Shown here piece by piece: positions 1 to 8,641 of a stretch of DNA of 64,000 nucleotides. The notes under the pieces are model-generated. The model searched no databases. It was given only the letters and a program-made list of their open reading frames with translations, and was not told the DNA's origin. The position numbers and the translations under genes are program-made. Where the stretch lies: the NCBI GenBank assembly GCA_963772835.1, contig CAVYYZ010000009.1, positions 64,001 to 128,000 of the forward strand, read 5' to 3'. The stretch comes from an uncultured delta proteobacterium. GTDB lineage: Bacteria; Desulfobacterota; Desulfuromonadia; Geobacterales; Pseudopelobacteraceae. Position 1 is the first letter of the stretch. Each line of letters begins with the position of its first letter.

Positions 1-1
1 G

Positions 2-2369
2 GTTTCCTTTGCATCACGGGATGAACTGGCGGCCACACTCCCTTTCTCGTTGCATGATGTGACCGCAGGTTCAGAAAGCGAACTCCAGGCGGTAGTGTGC
101 GGTGCACAGAGAGATGTTGACCTGCCGCAGATTATTGAACAGTCCAATTTTTTTGCCAATATGATGAAACGGGCGGCATCAGGTGAAGCGCCCCGAAGGG
201 CTGTGGCAGATCTGGAGCGGTTCCTGGCGGACAATCCTTCCGGGGTGTGGGAAAACAGCTGGGTGCGGTTTCCCCGCCGGAACCTTTCACGCTTTGCGCT
301 CAGCGTATTGGAAACCGACCTGCTGGCGGATAAAAAAAATCCTGCAGGCGGCATACGGGCAGACTCAGCCAGCTTCATGTTCCGTGATGCTTCCGGCGAA
401 GAGATGCTGCGGCTGCCGATCAGTTACCTGATCAAACTGGCTCTGGCCGATCTGCTCGGTTCCCAGCAGATACTCCCCGACCTGATCCGTCAGACCGGTA
501 TCCGCCTGATGGAACATTACCTGAACGACAACACCTCGCCGGAAACCTTTTCATTTAATGTTGTCTCTCTCACGCCCCGTAATGGCATGGGCGCAGCTAT
601 TGCCAGGGAAACCGCCATACGCTTCCTGATGACCCACCTGTTGGTGACATACGCCAACCAGGCCTTCGGTATCGCCGAGCGAGGTCAGCAGGCCATGACC
701 TATTTCGCCCCCCACCCTCCGGTACGGCAAAAAGAGCTGAACGACCATGTCTCGGACAGCTTCTATCGAGATCTGTTCATGAGCCCCTGCCTTTCCGGCT
801 GGGACAAGGGGGAGGACAAATTCCGTTACATGCATCTCTGCCACCAGGTTTTGTCCCGCAGCCAGCTCAACGCGGTCGCCAAACTGCGTGACGCGGGTAT
901 CATCCTTACCAATCTGGTAGTGCTGCCAAATCTCTCCAATGTGAGCCTGGCCAACAACGGCACCCATATCAGCATCGGAAGCCGGCGCCTGACGCAGGCT
1001 CTTGCGGACGACGGTTCCGGTTTCAACGCAGCTCACGAAAAGCATTTTGGCGATCTGGCGATCAAAATCAGCGAACATTTTCTGCCGCTCTTCGTAGGCA
1101 CGTATACCGCGGCTCCCTACCGGATAGCATTCAGTGATTTCCATCCCGAAAAAGCACTCGGCTTTCTCTCGCATGAACTGGACTATACTCACTTGAGGAT
1201 GATCTGGCGGCGCTGGAAAAAGAAGGCAGATCTTTCCATTTTCGGTCAGCCGCTCACCCCTTTCGGACCCCACGCGCTGGACAGTCTGGTGAGTTCCGCC
1301 TTCAGGCTGAGAGGTGATTTTGTCCCTGATTACCGGCTTATCGATTATCTGGTCTGCCTGTTGTCAACGGAGCGCAGTCCCGGATTGGACGGGCAGGTCG
1401 GCAACAGTAACCGACTGCGCCGCGATCTGGCCGACATGGGTGTGTTCGATGAGCAGATGTCGGTCTACCTGCTCTACAAGCAGCGTGAATTCGCAAAAAT
1501 GGGTTTTTCCGGGTTTGAGGGGCGCTATTACAGCATGTTCGAAAATTTCGCTGATGACATGGGGCGGGCGACAGATCTGCAGACACTGATAACGGCACTG
1601 GCCTACAAGTACATGGCGCTCGGCACGACCCATACCCATATTCCCGATGCCCCGTCACTGGAGAGCGAACGGCGGCAGATTTTTTTCGGAGCGGCTATCG
1701 GAATCCCCACTTTTTTTGTACAAAGGGACAGCAGTCAATGCCTTTCTGAAGAAAATTCTCAAGAAAACCGCCGGAATCCGGTCCAGTCACCGCTATCCCG
1801 GTTATCTACGGGTACAGATCCATGAGTATCGTCGGGCTCTGATACAGGTAATCCGCGAAGATGCGGCCGACCTGGTGGAAATGATGGGTCTGCACGACAC
1901 CCTGAACGACCTGGAGAAGAGAATCAACGAACCGACCATCCATTCCGCTGCAGGACGTTTGACCTCCGGCATCCTCAACGAGGTGAACGCATCATCACCT
2001 CTGAGCGTTAATGCCCGTGAATTTAACATCGGAGCCGAAAACTACTACCGGACCACGTTGAAACGGCGGCATCTGGATGAGGCTTTCGGATTCCTGCATC
2101 AGGACTGTCACCTGCTGGACCGGGAACAGAGCTCGCTCAACGAGGAACAACGCAAGGCCCTGAGGGTCATCCTTCAGGGGCAGAATGCAGCCCGGTTCAT
2201 CGAAGATGCCAAAGCGGATGTCCTGCACGATCGGGCGGACATTCCGACCCTGCAGCGACTGATGAATCTGGTGCTGTTCAAGGTGCATCACGATCTGGTT
2301 ACTGCCACACATACATCAGACCATCAAAGGAGCGATCAGAATGCAGCACCAGTACATCGAGCGGGATAG
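2..2369 (+). CDS. Large conserved hypothetical protein with glutamate-cysteine ligase/carboxylate-amine ligase-like motifs; 5'-truncated by the window edge; one frameshift near 1735
   Basis: The frame of ORF 50..1825 is open back to base 2, and the protein continues in ORF 1647..2369 (NAFLKKILKK...). Motifs TAGSESELQAVV, NGTHISIG, HFLPLFVGTYTAAPY and FEGRY parallel YbdK/GCS2 motifs. The stop overlaps the next gene. Confidence 0.7.
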
Positions 2370-3357
2370 CGGCAGGGTCGTCACAGAGCAGTTGATCGGC
2401 GACAGCATGGTCAGACTGCTGTATCACGGAGTACGTGAAAACAATGCCGCCCTGTTCAGGTTGTTAACCAGCAGCTGGTCGTCCCATATCCTGAGCATGG
2501 TCAATTTTGACCGCCCCATCCTGTCGGAACGGGCCTTTCTGGAGAATTGCGGCATCGACCTGTCGGAGTGCCTCGACGCGTACGACAGGCTGGACACGCC
2601 TCGTAAAATATTCGAGCGAAGGATTCGCTACATGGAATGCCGTCCCATGCCGGCAGAGATAGATACGATTGTATCACCTGCCGATGCACGGGTGCTGGTG
2701 GGGTCATTTCACGAGACATCACTGGTTTTTTTGAAAGAAAAATTTTTCTCCTTCGAGGAACTGCTCGGCAGTGACAACAGTGTGTGGCACAACGCCTTTA
2801 CCGGAGGCGACTTTGCCGTTTTTCGGCTGACACCGGACAAATACCACTACAACCATACCCCGGTATCCGGTCAGGTAATCGATATTTATGCCATCGACGG
2901 TGGGTACCACTCCTGCAACCCGACCGCCGTGGTCGCCGTTGCCACACCGTATTCGAAAAACAAACGGGTTGTCACCATTATCGATACCGATGTGCCGGGG
3001 GGCACCGGAGTCGGACTGGTCGCGATGATCGAAGTTGTAGCGTTAATGATCGGCGACATTGTCCAGGCCTACAGCTCTGAGGCATATAACTCACCACAGC
3101 CGGTTGAAAACGGGATGTTTCTGCAGAAGGGACAGCCAAAGAGCCTCTATCGCCCGGGGAGCAGCACCGACATCCTCATCTTCCAGAGAGGGCGCATTGA
3201 TTTCGCCACTGATATTCTGGAAAATATGCGCAAAACGAACGTGTCAAGCCGCTTCACCCAGGGATTTAAAAAACCGCTTGTCGAGACGGATATCCGGGTG
3301 CGCTCATTGCTCGGCACGGCACGCAACAGTTCCAACTCGGGAGGAACCGATGATTGA
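2341..3357 (+). CDS. psd: Phosphatidylserine decarboxylase family proenzyme
   Basis: IVSPADAR, FRLTPDKYHYNHTPVSG, NKRVV, EVVALMIGDI and the pyruvoyl self-cleavage-type motif PGSST. Confidence 0.85.
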   Translation: MQHQYIERDSGRVVTEQLIGDSMVRLLYHGVRENNAALFRLLTSSWSSHILSMVNFDRPILSERAFLENCGIDLSECLDAYDRLDTPRKIFERRIRYMECRPMPAEIDTIVSPADARVLVGSFHETSLVFLKEKFFSFEELLGSDNSVWHNAFTGGDFAVFRLTPDKYHYNHTPVSGQVIDIYAIDGGYHSCNPTAVVAVATPYSKNKRVVTIIDTDVPGGTGVGLVAMIEVVALMIGDIVQAYSSEAYNSPQPVENGMFLQKGQPKSLYRPGSSTDILIFQRGRIDFATDILENMRKTNVSSRFTQGFKKPLVETDIRVRSLLGTARNSSNSGGTDD

Positions 3358-4402
3358 AACAGTAACAATGCTCTCAGTCGTTATTCTGTTGACGTGCTAT
3401 TTTTGGTGGGGGTTCAGGATGCTGCCCGGAGAGCGATGGCAAATAGTAGCCACGATGCCGTCTGTTAAAACAGGGCCAGGGGTGTGGAGCGGGGTCAATT
3501 TCACCTGGTACGGCCTGCTTACCGCCAACGCGTATTTCGTGTCAGTAGCGGTGCTGCTTGTACTGATGGGAGCTGCCGGGGTCCCGCCGGTCGGCACGGC
3601 CATTCTGGCGGCGGCCATGCTCTGCTGTTGCGTGCCTGCATCGCGTCTGGTAGCGCGGATTGTCGAAAAAAAAGCCCACACCTTCACTGTCGGAGGGGCG
3701 GTATTCGTCGGCATCCTGATTGCCCCCTTTGTAATAGCAGCCATCAACCGCACCGCTGGCAGGATGCTGGAATTCCATATTCCTATAATGGCGGCATATG
3801 CCGCGATTGCCATTGCCTACGCCTTCGGCGAAGGGTTGGGGAGGATGGCCTGCATCAGTTTCGGCTGCTGTTACGGGAAGCCGCTTTCGGCAAGTTCGGG
3901 TCTGCTCAAGAGGCTGTTTGCGGGTCGCAGCTTTGTATTTTTCGGCAACACCAAAAAAATAGCATATGCCGGAGGACTTGAGGCGACCGAGGTTATTCCC
4001 ATTCAGGCCGTTACCGCCGTTTTCTATACCGGCTGCGGCCTGATTGCAGCCGGTATGTATCTCACGTCTCACCATACCGGTGCCTTTCTCCTGGCGACTG
4101 TTTCAACCCAGGGATGGCGCTCGTTTTCCGAGACTCTTCGTGCCGACTATCGTGGAAAGGGAAGGTTTTCCGCATATCAGATTATGGGAATCATCGGTAT
4201 CCTGTATGCCATCGCTGCAGCATGCTTCTTCATGAATGAACCATCAGGTCACGATGATCTCCTGACGGGTCTGAAAGGCCTCTGGAATCCGGCACTGATT
4301 CTTTTTCTGCAGGGCATCTGGATGACCATTTTCCTGTACACGGGACGGAGCACGGTGACAGGCGCTACGCTCAGTTTTCATGTACACACGGAGCGGATTT
4401 GA
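3350..4402 (+). CDS. Prolipoprotein diacylglyceryl transferase (Lgt)-like membrane protein
   Basis: Multi-TM; WYGLL, GEGLGRMACISFGCCYGKP (Lgt signature-like) and RSFSETLRAD. ATG 3350 follows GGAGG and overlaps the psd end. Confidence 0.75.
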   Translation: MIETVTMLSVVILLTCYFWWGFRMLPGERWQIVATMPSVKTGPGVWSGVNFTWYGLLTANAYFVSVAVLLVLMGAAGVPPVGTAILAAAMLCCCVPASRLVARIVEKKAHTFTVGGAVFVGILIAPFVIAAINRTAGRMLEFHIPIMAAYAAIAIAYAFGEGLGRMACISFGCCYGKPLSASSGLLKRLFAGRSFVFFGNTKKIAYAGGLEATEVIPIQAVTAVFYTGCGLIAAGMYLTSHHTGAFLLATVSTQGWRSFSETLRADYRGKGRFSAYQIMGIIGILYAIAAACFFMNEPSGHDDLLTGLKGLWNPALILFLQGIWMTIFLYTGRSTVTGATLSFHVHTERI

Positions 4403-4403
4403 T

Positions 4404-4898
4404 ATGGCCGACGTACGACAGGTGAGGAATCTGTGGCGGCGGATCGCCGCACCGGTCATAAAACGGGTACAGGGTGTCATGTCATGCGGACTTACGCCCC
4501 GGAAACTTGCCCTGACACTCTGTCTCGGGAGCGCCTTAGGGGTTATGCCGGTGGTATTCGGCGCCTCGCTCATCTGCATAATTGTGGCCCATGTCATGAG
4601 GCTCAATCATGTCGCACTGCAGTCGGTGAACTGTCTCCTCTGGCCGGTTCAACTTGCACTTCTTGTCCCCTTTTTCAAACTGGGTGCATGGTTGTTCCCC
4701 GGAGGACCGCCTGTGCAGCAGCACCTTCTTTCAACTTTTGTCCTGAGCCATGATCTTTCAGCCTTGAATTCCTTTGGCTGGATGATGATCAAGGCACTCG
4801 CGGCGTGGATGGTGACGGTGCTTCCGGCAGCTTTGCTCATTTATCTGATAGTGAGATCACCTGTTTCAGACAGATTACCAAAAAGCTTTGACTATTGA
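4404..4898 (+). CDS. DUF2062 family membrane protein
   Basis: TPRKLALTLCLGSALGVMPVVFG...RLNHVALQSVN pattern; hydrophobic; starts 1 nt after the previous stop. Confidence 0.7.
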   Translation: MADVRQVRNLWRRIAAPVIKRVQGVMSCGLTPRKLALTLCLGSALGVMPVVFGASLICIIVAHVMRLNHVALQSVNCLLWPVQLALLVPFFKLGAWLFPGGPPVQQHLLSTFVLSHDLSALNSFGWMMIKALAAWMVTVLPAALLIYLIVRSPVSDRLPKSFDY

Positions 4899-4934
4899 AT
4901 GCCTGCAATCAGTACAAATCAATAAGGAGATAGT

Positions 4935-5879
4935 ATGCCGGGACCCTATGCACATATCGCTCTGCTGCAGGAGCTCATGCGGCCGGGAACGGTGGAGTCG
5001 ATTTTTGCCCCTTCATCGCTATTCCCAGAATCATTGGCACCGTTTTTCCCGTTCTGCGCACTGGGCGCTGTCAGCCCCGATTATCCAAATCTGGCGACGG
5101 TTGATCGAACCGCTTCCATCTGGGCGGATGCCATGCACTATACCCGTGCGTGCGAGATGATCACCAGTGGTATCAGACGCGTCAGGGGGGAGCACGGAAC
5201 GGTTCGGGACAAACAGTTGGCATGGCTTCTGGGCTACTGCGCTCACGTGGCAACGGATGTAACCATCCATCCCGTTGTTCTGGCAAAAGTGGGTGTATAT
5301 GCGGAAAACCAGCGACATCATCGTATCTGCGAAATGAACCAGGACAGTTACATTTATCGGCGCATGAATCTGGGCGAGATCGGCGAATCGGATATTTTTG
5401 CCCGGACCGTGGCACAATGCAGCTCTGCCTCTGACGATGCGAAACTTGACAGGGATATCGTCACTCTCTGGGAGGGTATGCTCAAGGATGTTCATCCGGA
5501 TTTGTATGCCGCTCATCAGCCTGATAGCTCCTCATGGCATCGAGAATTTATGACTTTTGATGCCGGCAACGCCGGCAACGCCGTAAAACTTTTCCCACTT
5601 GCCAAAGTTATTGCGACAAAAATGGATCTTGCCTATCCCGTCGGCGACAAGGTTGACCGTCAGTACATAGACGAGTTGGAAATCCCGCTGATAACCCCGC
5701 AATATCTTCACTATGACGATATTTTTGACCACTCTGTCGATAATGTAGCTGCGATATGGAGGCTTGTAGAGCGAGCTGTGTGTGATGACAATATTCGTAA
5801 TCTGCCTGTTTTCAGCGACTGGAATCTTGATAACGGGCGGGATGAATTCGGTAGACTTGTCTTCTGGGATGAACACTGA
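4935..5879 (+). CDS. Zinc-dependent phospholipase C family protein
   Basis: N-terminal MPGPYAH, GAVSPDY, DAMHY, LGYCAHVATDVTIHP, HRICE; AAGGAG RBS. Confidence 0.8.
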   Translation: MPGPYAHIALLQELMRPGTVESIFAPSSLFPESLAPFFPFCALGAVSPDYPNLATVDRTASIWADAMHYTRACEMITSGIRRVRGEHGTVRDKQLAWLLGYCAHVATDVTIHPVVLAKVGVYAENQRHHRICEMNQDSYIYRRMNLGEIGESDIFARTVAQCSSASDDAKLDRDIVTLWEGMLKDVHPDLYAAHQPDSSSWHREFMTFDAGNAGNAVKLFPLAKVIATKMDLAYPVGDKVDRQYIDELEIPLITPQYLHYDDIFDHSVDNVAAIWRLVERAVCDDNIRNLPVFSDWNLDNGRDEFGRLVFWDEH

Positions 5880-6136
5880 TACGGTATCTGCAGCGACTGT
5901 AATGAAAGGATTTGTAAGAACAGCCGGGTCGGTTTTTGATATTCCCGGATCACAGAGTAGAAATGGCGACCGGCATATTCGAGGAGTCGATGCATGGTGG
6001 ATACCGTCATTTTTTCACTGCCCGGGGATTGACTGAACAGCTGTATGAATATCGCCATAATCATACGTTTTGTCCCGACGTTACATGCAAACAGGACTGA
6101 TTTGTTTTCACTATAAACGGTACGAGGAGACATGCC

Positions 6137-6328
6137 ATGTACATTGCCAGAGACAAAAATAACGACCTGTACCTCTTTAACGAACTGCCAGACAGGGGAA
6201 ATGAATGCTGGTGGGCTTCCAAAGAAGTTGACGGCACCTATCTTCGCCTCAATAAATCCCTCTATCCAGAAGTCACCTGGGATTCTGAGCCGTTCCGGGC
6301 AGAATTATCGATTGTAAAACCTTCCTGA
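6137..6328 (+). CDS. Small hypothetical protein (63 aa)
   Basis: GAGGAG RBS upstream; protein-like sequence YIARDKNNDLYLF...YPEVTWDSEP. Confidence 0.7.
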   Translation: MYIARDKNNDLYLFNELPDRGNECWWASKEVDGTYLRLNKSLYPEVTWDSEPFRAELSIVKPS

Positions 6329-6404
6329 GATAAACCGGAATAATGTTCGTGATGTTCCCGCCAAATCTCTCCTGGCAGGTTCATACTGTAGTCCTGCCAA
6401 AATT

Positions 6405-6433
6405 GTTACAATTACGTTACAATTGCCTATAAT
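6405..6433 (+). promoter_or_regulatory. Pho-box-like 11-bp direct repeat followed by a -10 element
   Basis: GTTACAATT at 6405 and 6416 (11-bp period); TATAAT at 6428-6433. Confidence 0.55.
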
Positions 6434-6494
6434 GCTTGATACTTTCTGGACTGCAGGTATAGTTGACATCATTACAATAAATAGGGAGGCGGCA

Positions 6495-6782
6495 ATGAGT
6501 AAAAAGGAAAAGTCGGTTTTTGTCCTGGCGGATGATTTTCAAACTATGATTACCATGATTCCCAAATTGGCAGCGTTTTTAAAAGTCCATAACGAGATTG
6601 CAGCAGGGTACCAAAAGTACCGTAAAAACGGCGGGGCTTCGATTCCCGGAATTGAGAAGCATATTGGCATCAAGGAGCAAAAGAGCGTTCCTGCCTCAAA
6701 AACGAAGATGACCGCTGTAGTAACAAAAACCAAGGTGACTGATGGAATATCTGAAGTAAAAAAAAAGAAGGTCAAAAAATAA
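6495..6782 (+). CDS. Hypothetical protein with Lys-rich C-terminus (95 aa)
   Basis: GGGAGG RBS before ATG 6495; followed by a terminator. Confidence 0.65.
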   Translation: MSKKEKSVFVLADDFQTMITMIPKLAAFLKVHNEIAAGYQKYRKNGGASIPGIEKHIGIKEQKSVPASKTKMTAVVTKTKVTDGISEVKKKKVKK

Positions 6783-6849
6783 CGTAATGGCTGCGTTTCC
6801 GATAACAGACTAAAGATTCCGGGACGGTACATTTCCAACAATATTGCAG

Positions 6850-6875
6850 GAGCGGCAGCGATGCCGCTCTTTTTG
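6850..6875 (+). terminator. Rho-independent terminator
   Basis: GAGCGGCA-GCGA-TGCCGCTC followed by TTTTT. Confidence 0.7.
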
Positions 6876-7022
6876 TTTGTGTTGCATTTGACCGGACGAG
6901 TTACCATCTGATACGCGCATTTATGGTCACTAAAAAGTTTCGAAGTTGGAACCCGATCGCAATCTCAAGTGTGCTAGAAATCTGTGCATGATTTCAAAAC
7001 TTGTTTTTCGGAGGGAACACAC

Positions 7023-8387
7023 ATGGACGTAGTGAAGAGTAGGATTTCATTTACCTCGGTGCTGGCTGTTTTAGCACTATCCACCCTGATGAGTGGTTGC
7101 GGCAATAGCGACACTCCAGCTGCAACAATTGCTACCACACCTCAGGCACCAGCAACCACCGCAACGTTGTTGTACACATCTGATGCTCATTATGGCATCA
7201 AACGTGCCGCAGCTTACGCCTTCAACGGCTACAGCAACGCCCAGCAGGTTAACTCAGCCATGGTGTCCGTCATGAACACCATGCCTACAGTAGCTTTGCC
7301 TGCTGATGGCGGCGTGAATGCGGGAGCGGTCATCAAAACAGTTGATTATGTTGTCGAGGGTGGCGACATCGCCAACCGGATGCAGGCTGACGCGAAAAAC
7401 GGGTATTCAACCTACGTCCAGTCAGCATATGATTCATGGAAACAGTTCGAGGCCGGTTACATAAATACCTTGAAATTTCCTATGCTCATGCTCCCCGGTA
7501 ACCATGACGTTTCCAATGCTGTTGGTTATGTAAAAACCATGAGCCGGGATGGCGGGGTAACACCGGTAGCTGCCGGTGGTTTGACCAATCTGGATGGTTC
7601 TGTCATGGCGTTCATCTACAACAAGTTTGTGAAAGCCGGTACCTTTAATACATCGACAAAATCGTCGGCACAGGATTCTTATTCCAATACAACATATCAA
7701 ACTGCAGCAAACAAGGTGTATTACTCTAAAGACATTGCCGGTGTTCATTTCATGTTTATCAGCATGTGGCCTGACCTGGATGCTCAAGCATGGATGGAGG
7801 GTGACCTTGCAAAGATAAGCTCTACCACTCCGGCGGTTATCTTTACTCATGATGAACCTACCACCGAAGGAAAACACCTGACAGATAAAGGTGGACCTAC
7901 CGTATTTTCAACTACCAACAAATTTGAAAACCTCCTTGTCAACGTTTCCGAGTATGACACGGTCGCACTTGGTACAACTGCGGATGGTGTAGCTGCCACA
8001 ACAATTTCAGTGCCCTACCATACCCAGGGTAATATGTCTTCGAGAGCTGCGCAAAGGTCTTTCGTCCGCTTTCTGCAACGCCATAAAAACATTGTTGCCT
8101 ACTTCCATGGCAACACCAACTTCAATGAGTTCTACATATATACTGGTCCTGACAATCTTGTCAGCCTGCCTGTCTTCCGTGTTGACTCACCGATGAAGGG
8201 TTATTATTCCGGTCAGGATGATGCTACGGTAGCCCCTACGGCTGGGGTTTTTAATACCAATCTGCTTTCATACCAGGTTGTCTCTATTGATTCAGTAGCA
8301 AAAAAAATGACGGTTCGTGAATATCTTTGGAAAACAAATGCCTGGGGTGCAAGTTCTTCTGTATCACTTGATCCTCGAGCACTGTAG
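7023..8387 (+). CDS. Calcineurin-like metallophosphoesterase lipoprotein
   Basis: Lipobox LMSGC; motifs SDAH, GGD, PGNHD, FTH and a variant final motif FHGNTN; GGAGGG RBS. Confidence 0.85.
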   Translation: MDVVKSRISFTSVLAVLALSTLMSGCGNSDTPAATIATTPQAPATTATLLYTSDAHYGIKRAAAYAFNGYSNAQQVNSAMVSVMNTMPTVALPADGGVNAGAVIKTVDYVVEGGDIANRMQADAKNGYSTYVQSAYDSWKQFEAGYINTLKFPMLMLPGNHDVSNAVGYVKTMSRDGGVTPVAAGGLTNLDGSVMAFIYNKFVKAGTFNTSTKSSAQDSYSNTTYQTAANKVYYSKDIAGVHFMFISMWPDLDAQAWMEGDLAKISSTTPAVIFTHDEPTTEGKHLTDKGGPTVFSTTNKFENLLVNVSEYDTVALGTTADGVAATTISVPYHTQGNMSSRAAQRSFVRFLQRHKNIVAYFHGNTNFNEFYIYTGPDNLVSLPVFRVDSPMKGYYSGQDDATVAPTAGVFNTNLLSYQVVSIDSVAKKMTVREYLWKTNAWGASSSVSLDPRAL

Positions 8388-8461
8388 GACGTCCCTCAAA
8401 CAACATGTATGGAGCACTGCCCGAGTCGGAAACGGCGCGGGCAGTGCAGACATTTATAATC

Positions 8462-8498
8462 GCGCAGGACCTATGCCCGGGTCCATGCGCATTTTTTT
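8462..8498 (+). terminator. Probable Rho-independent terminator
   Basis: GCGCAGGACC...GGTCC(A)TGCGC hairpin followed by ATTTTTTT. Confidence 0.5.
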
Positions 8499-8641
8499 GC
8501 AAACCTCCGCCTGCATTATCAGCGCTTTCTGCCCTTCATTAACATTTAACCAACTCGACACCCCGATGTAACCTTGCTTTTGCTATGTTTGCCACATGGG
8601 AATTTCCCGCATCTCACAATTTTACCCGGCAAGGAAAAAAC

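Noticed and set aside
3059..3349. N-terminal extension of the Lgt-like ORF given in the ORF track
   Set aside because: It overlaps psd, and the RBS-supported start is ATG 3350.
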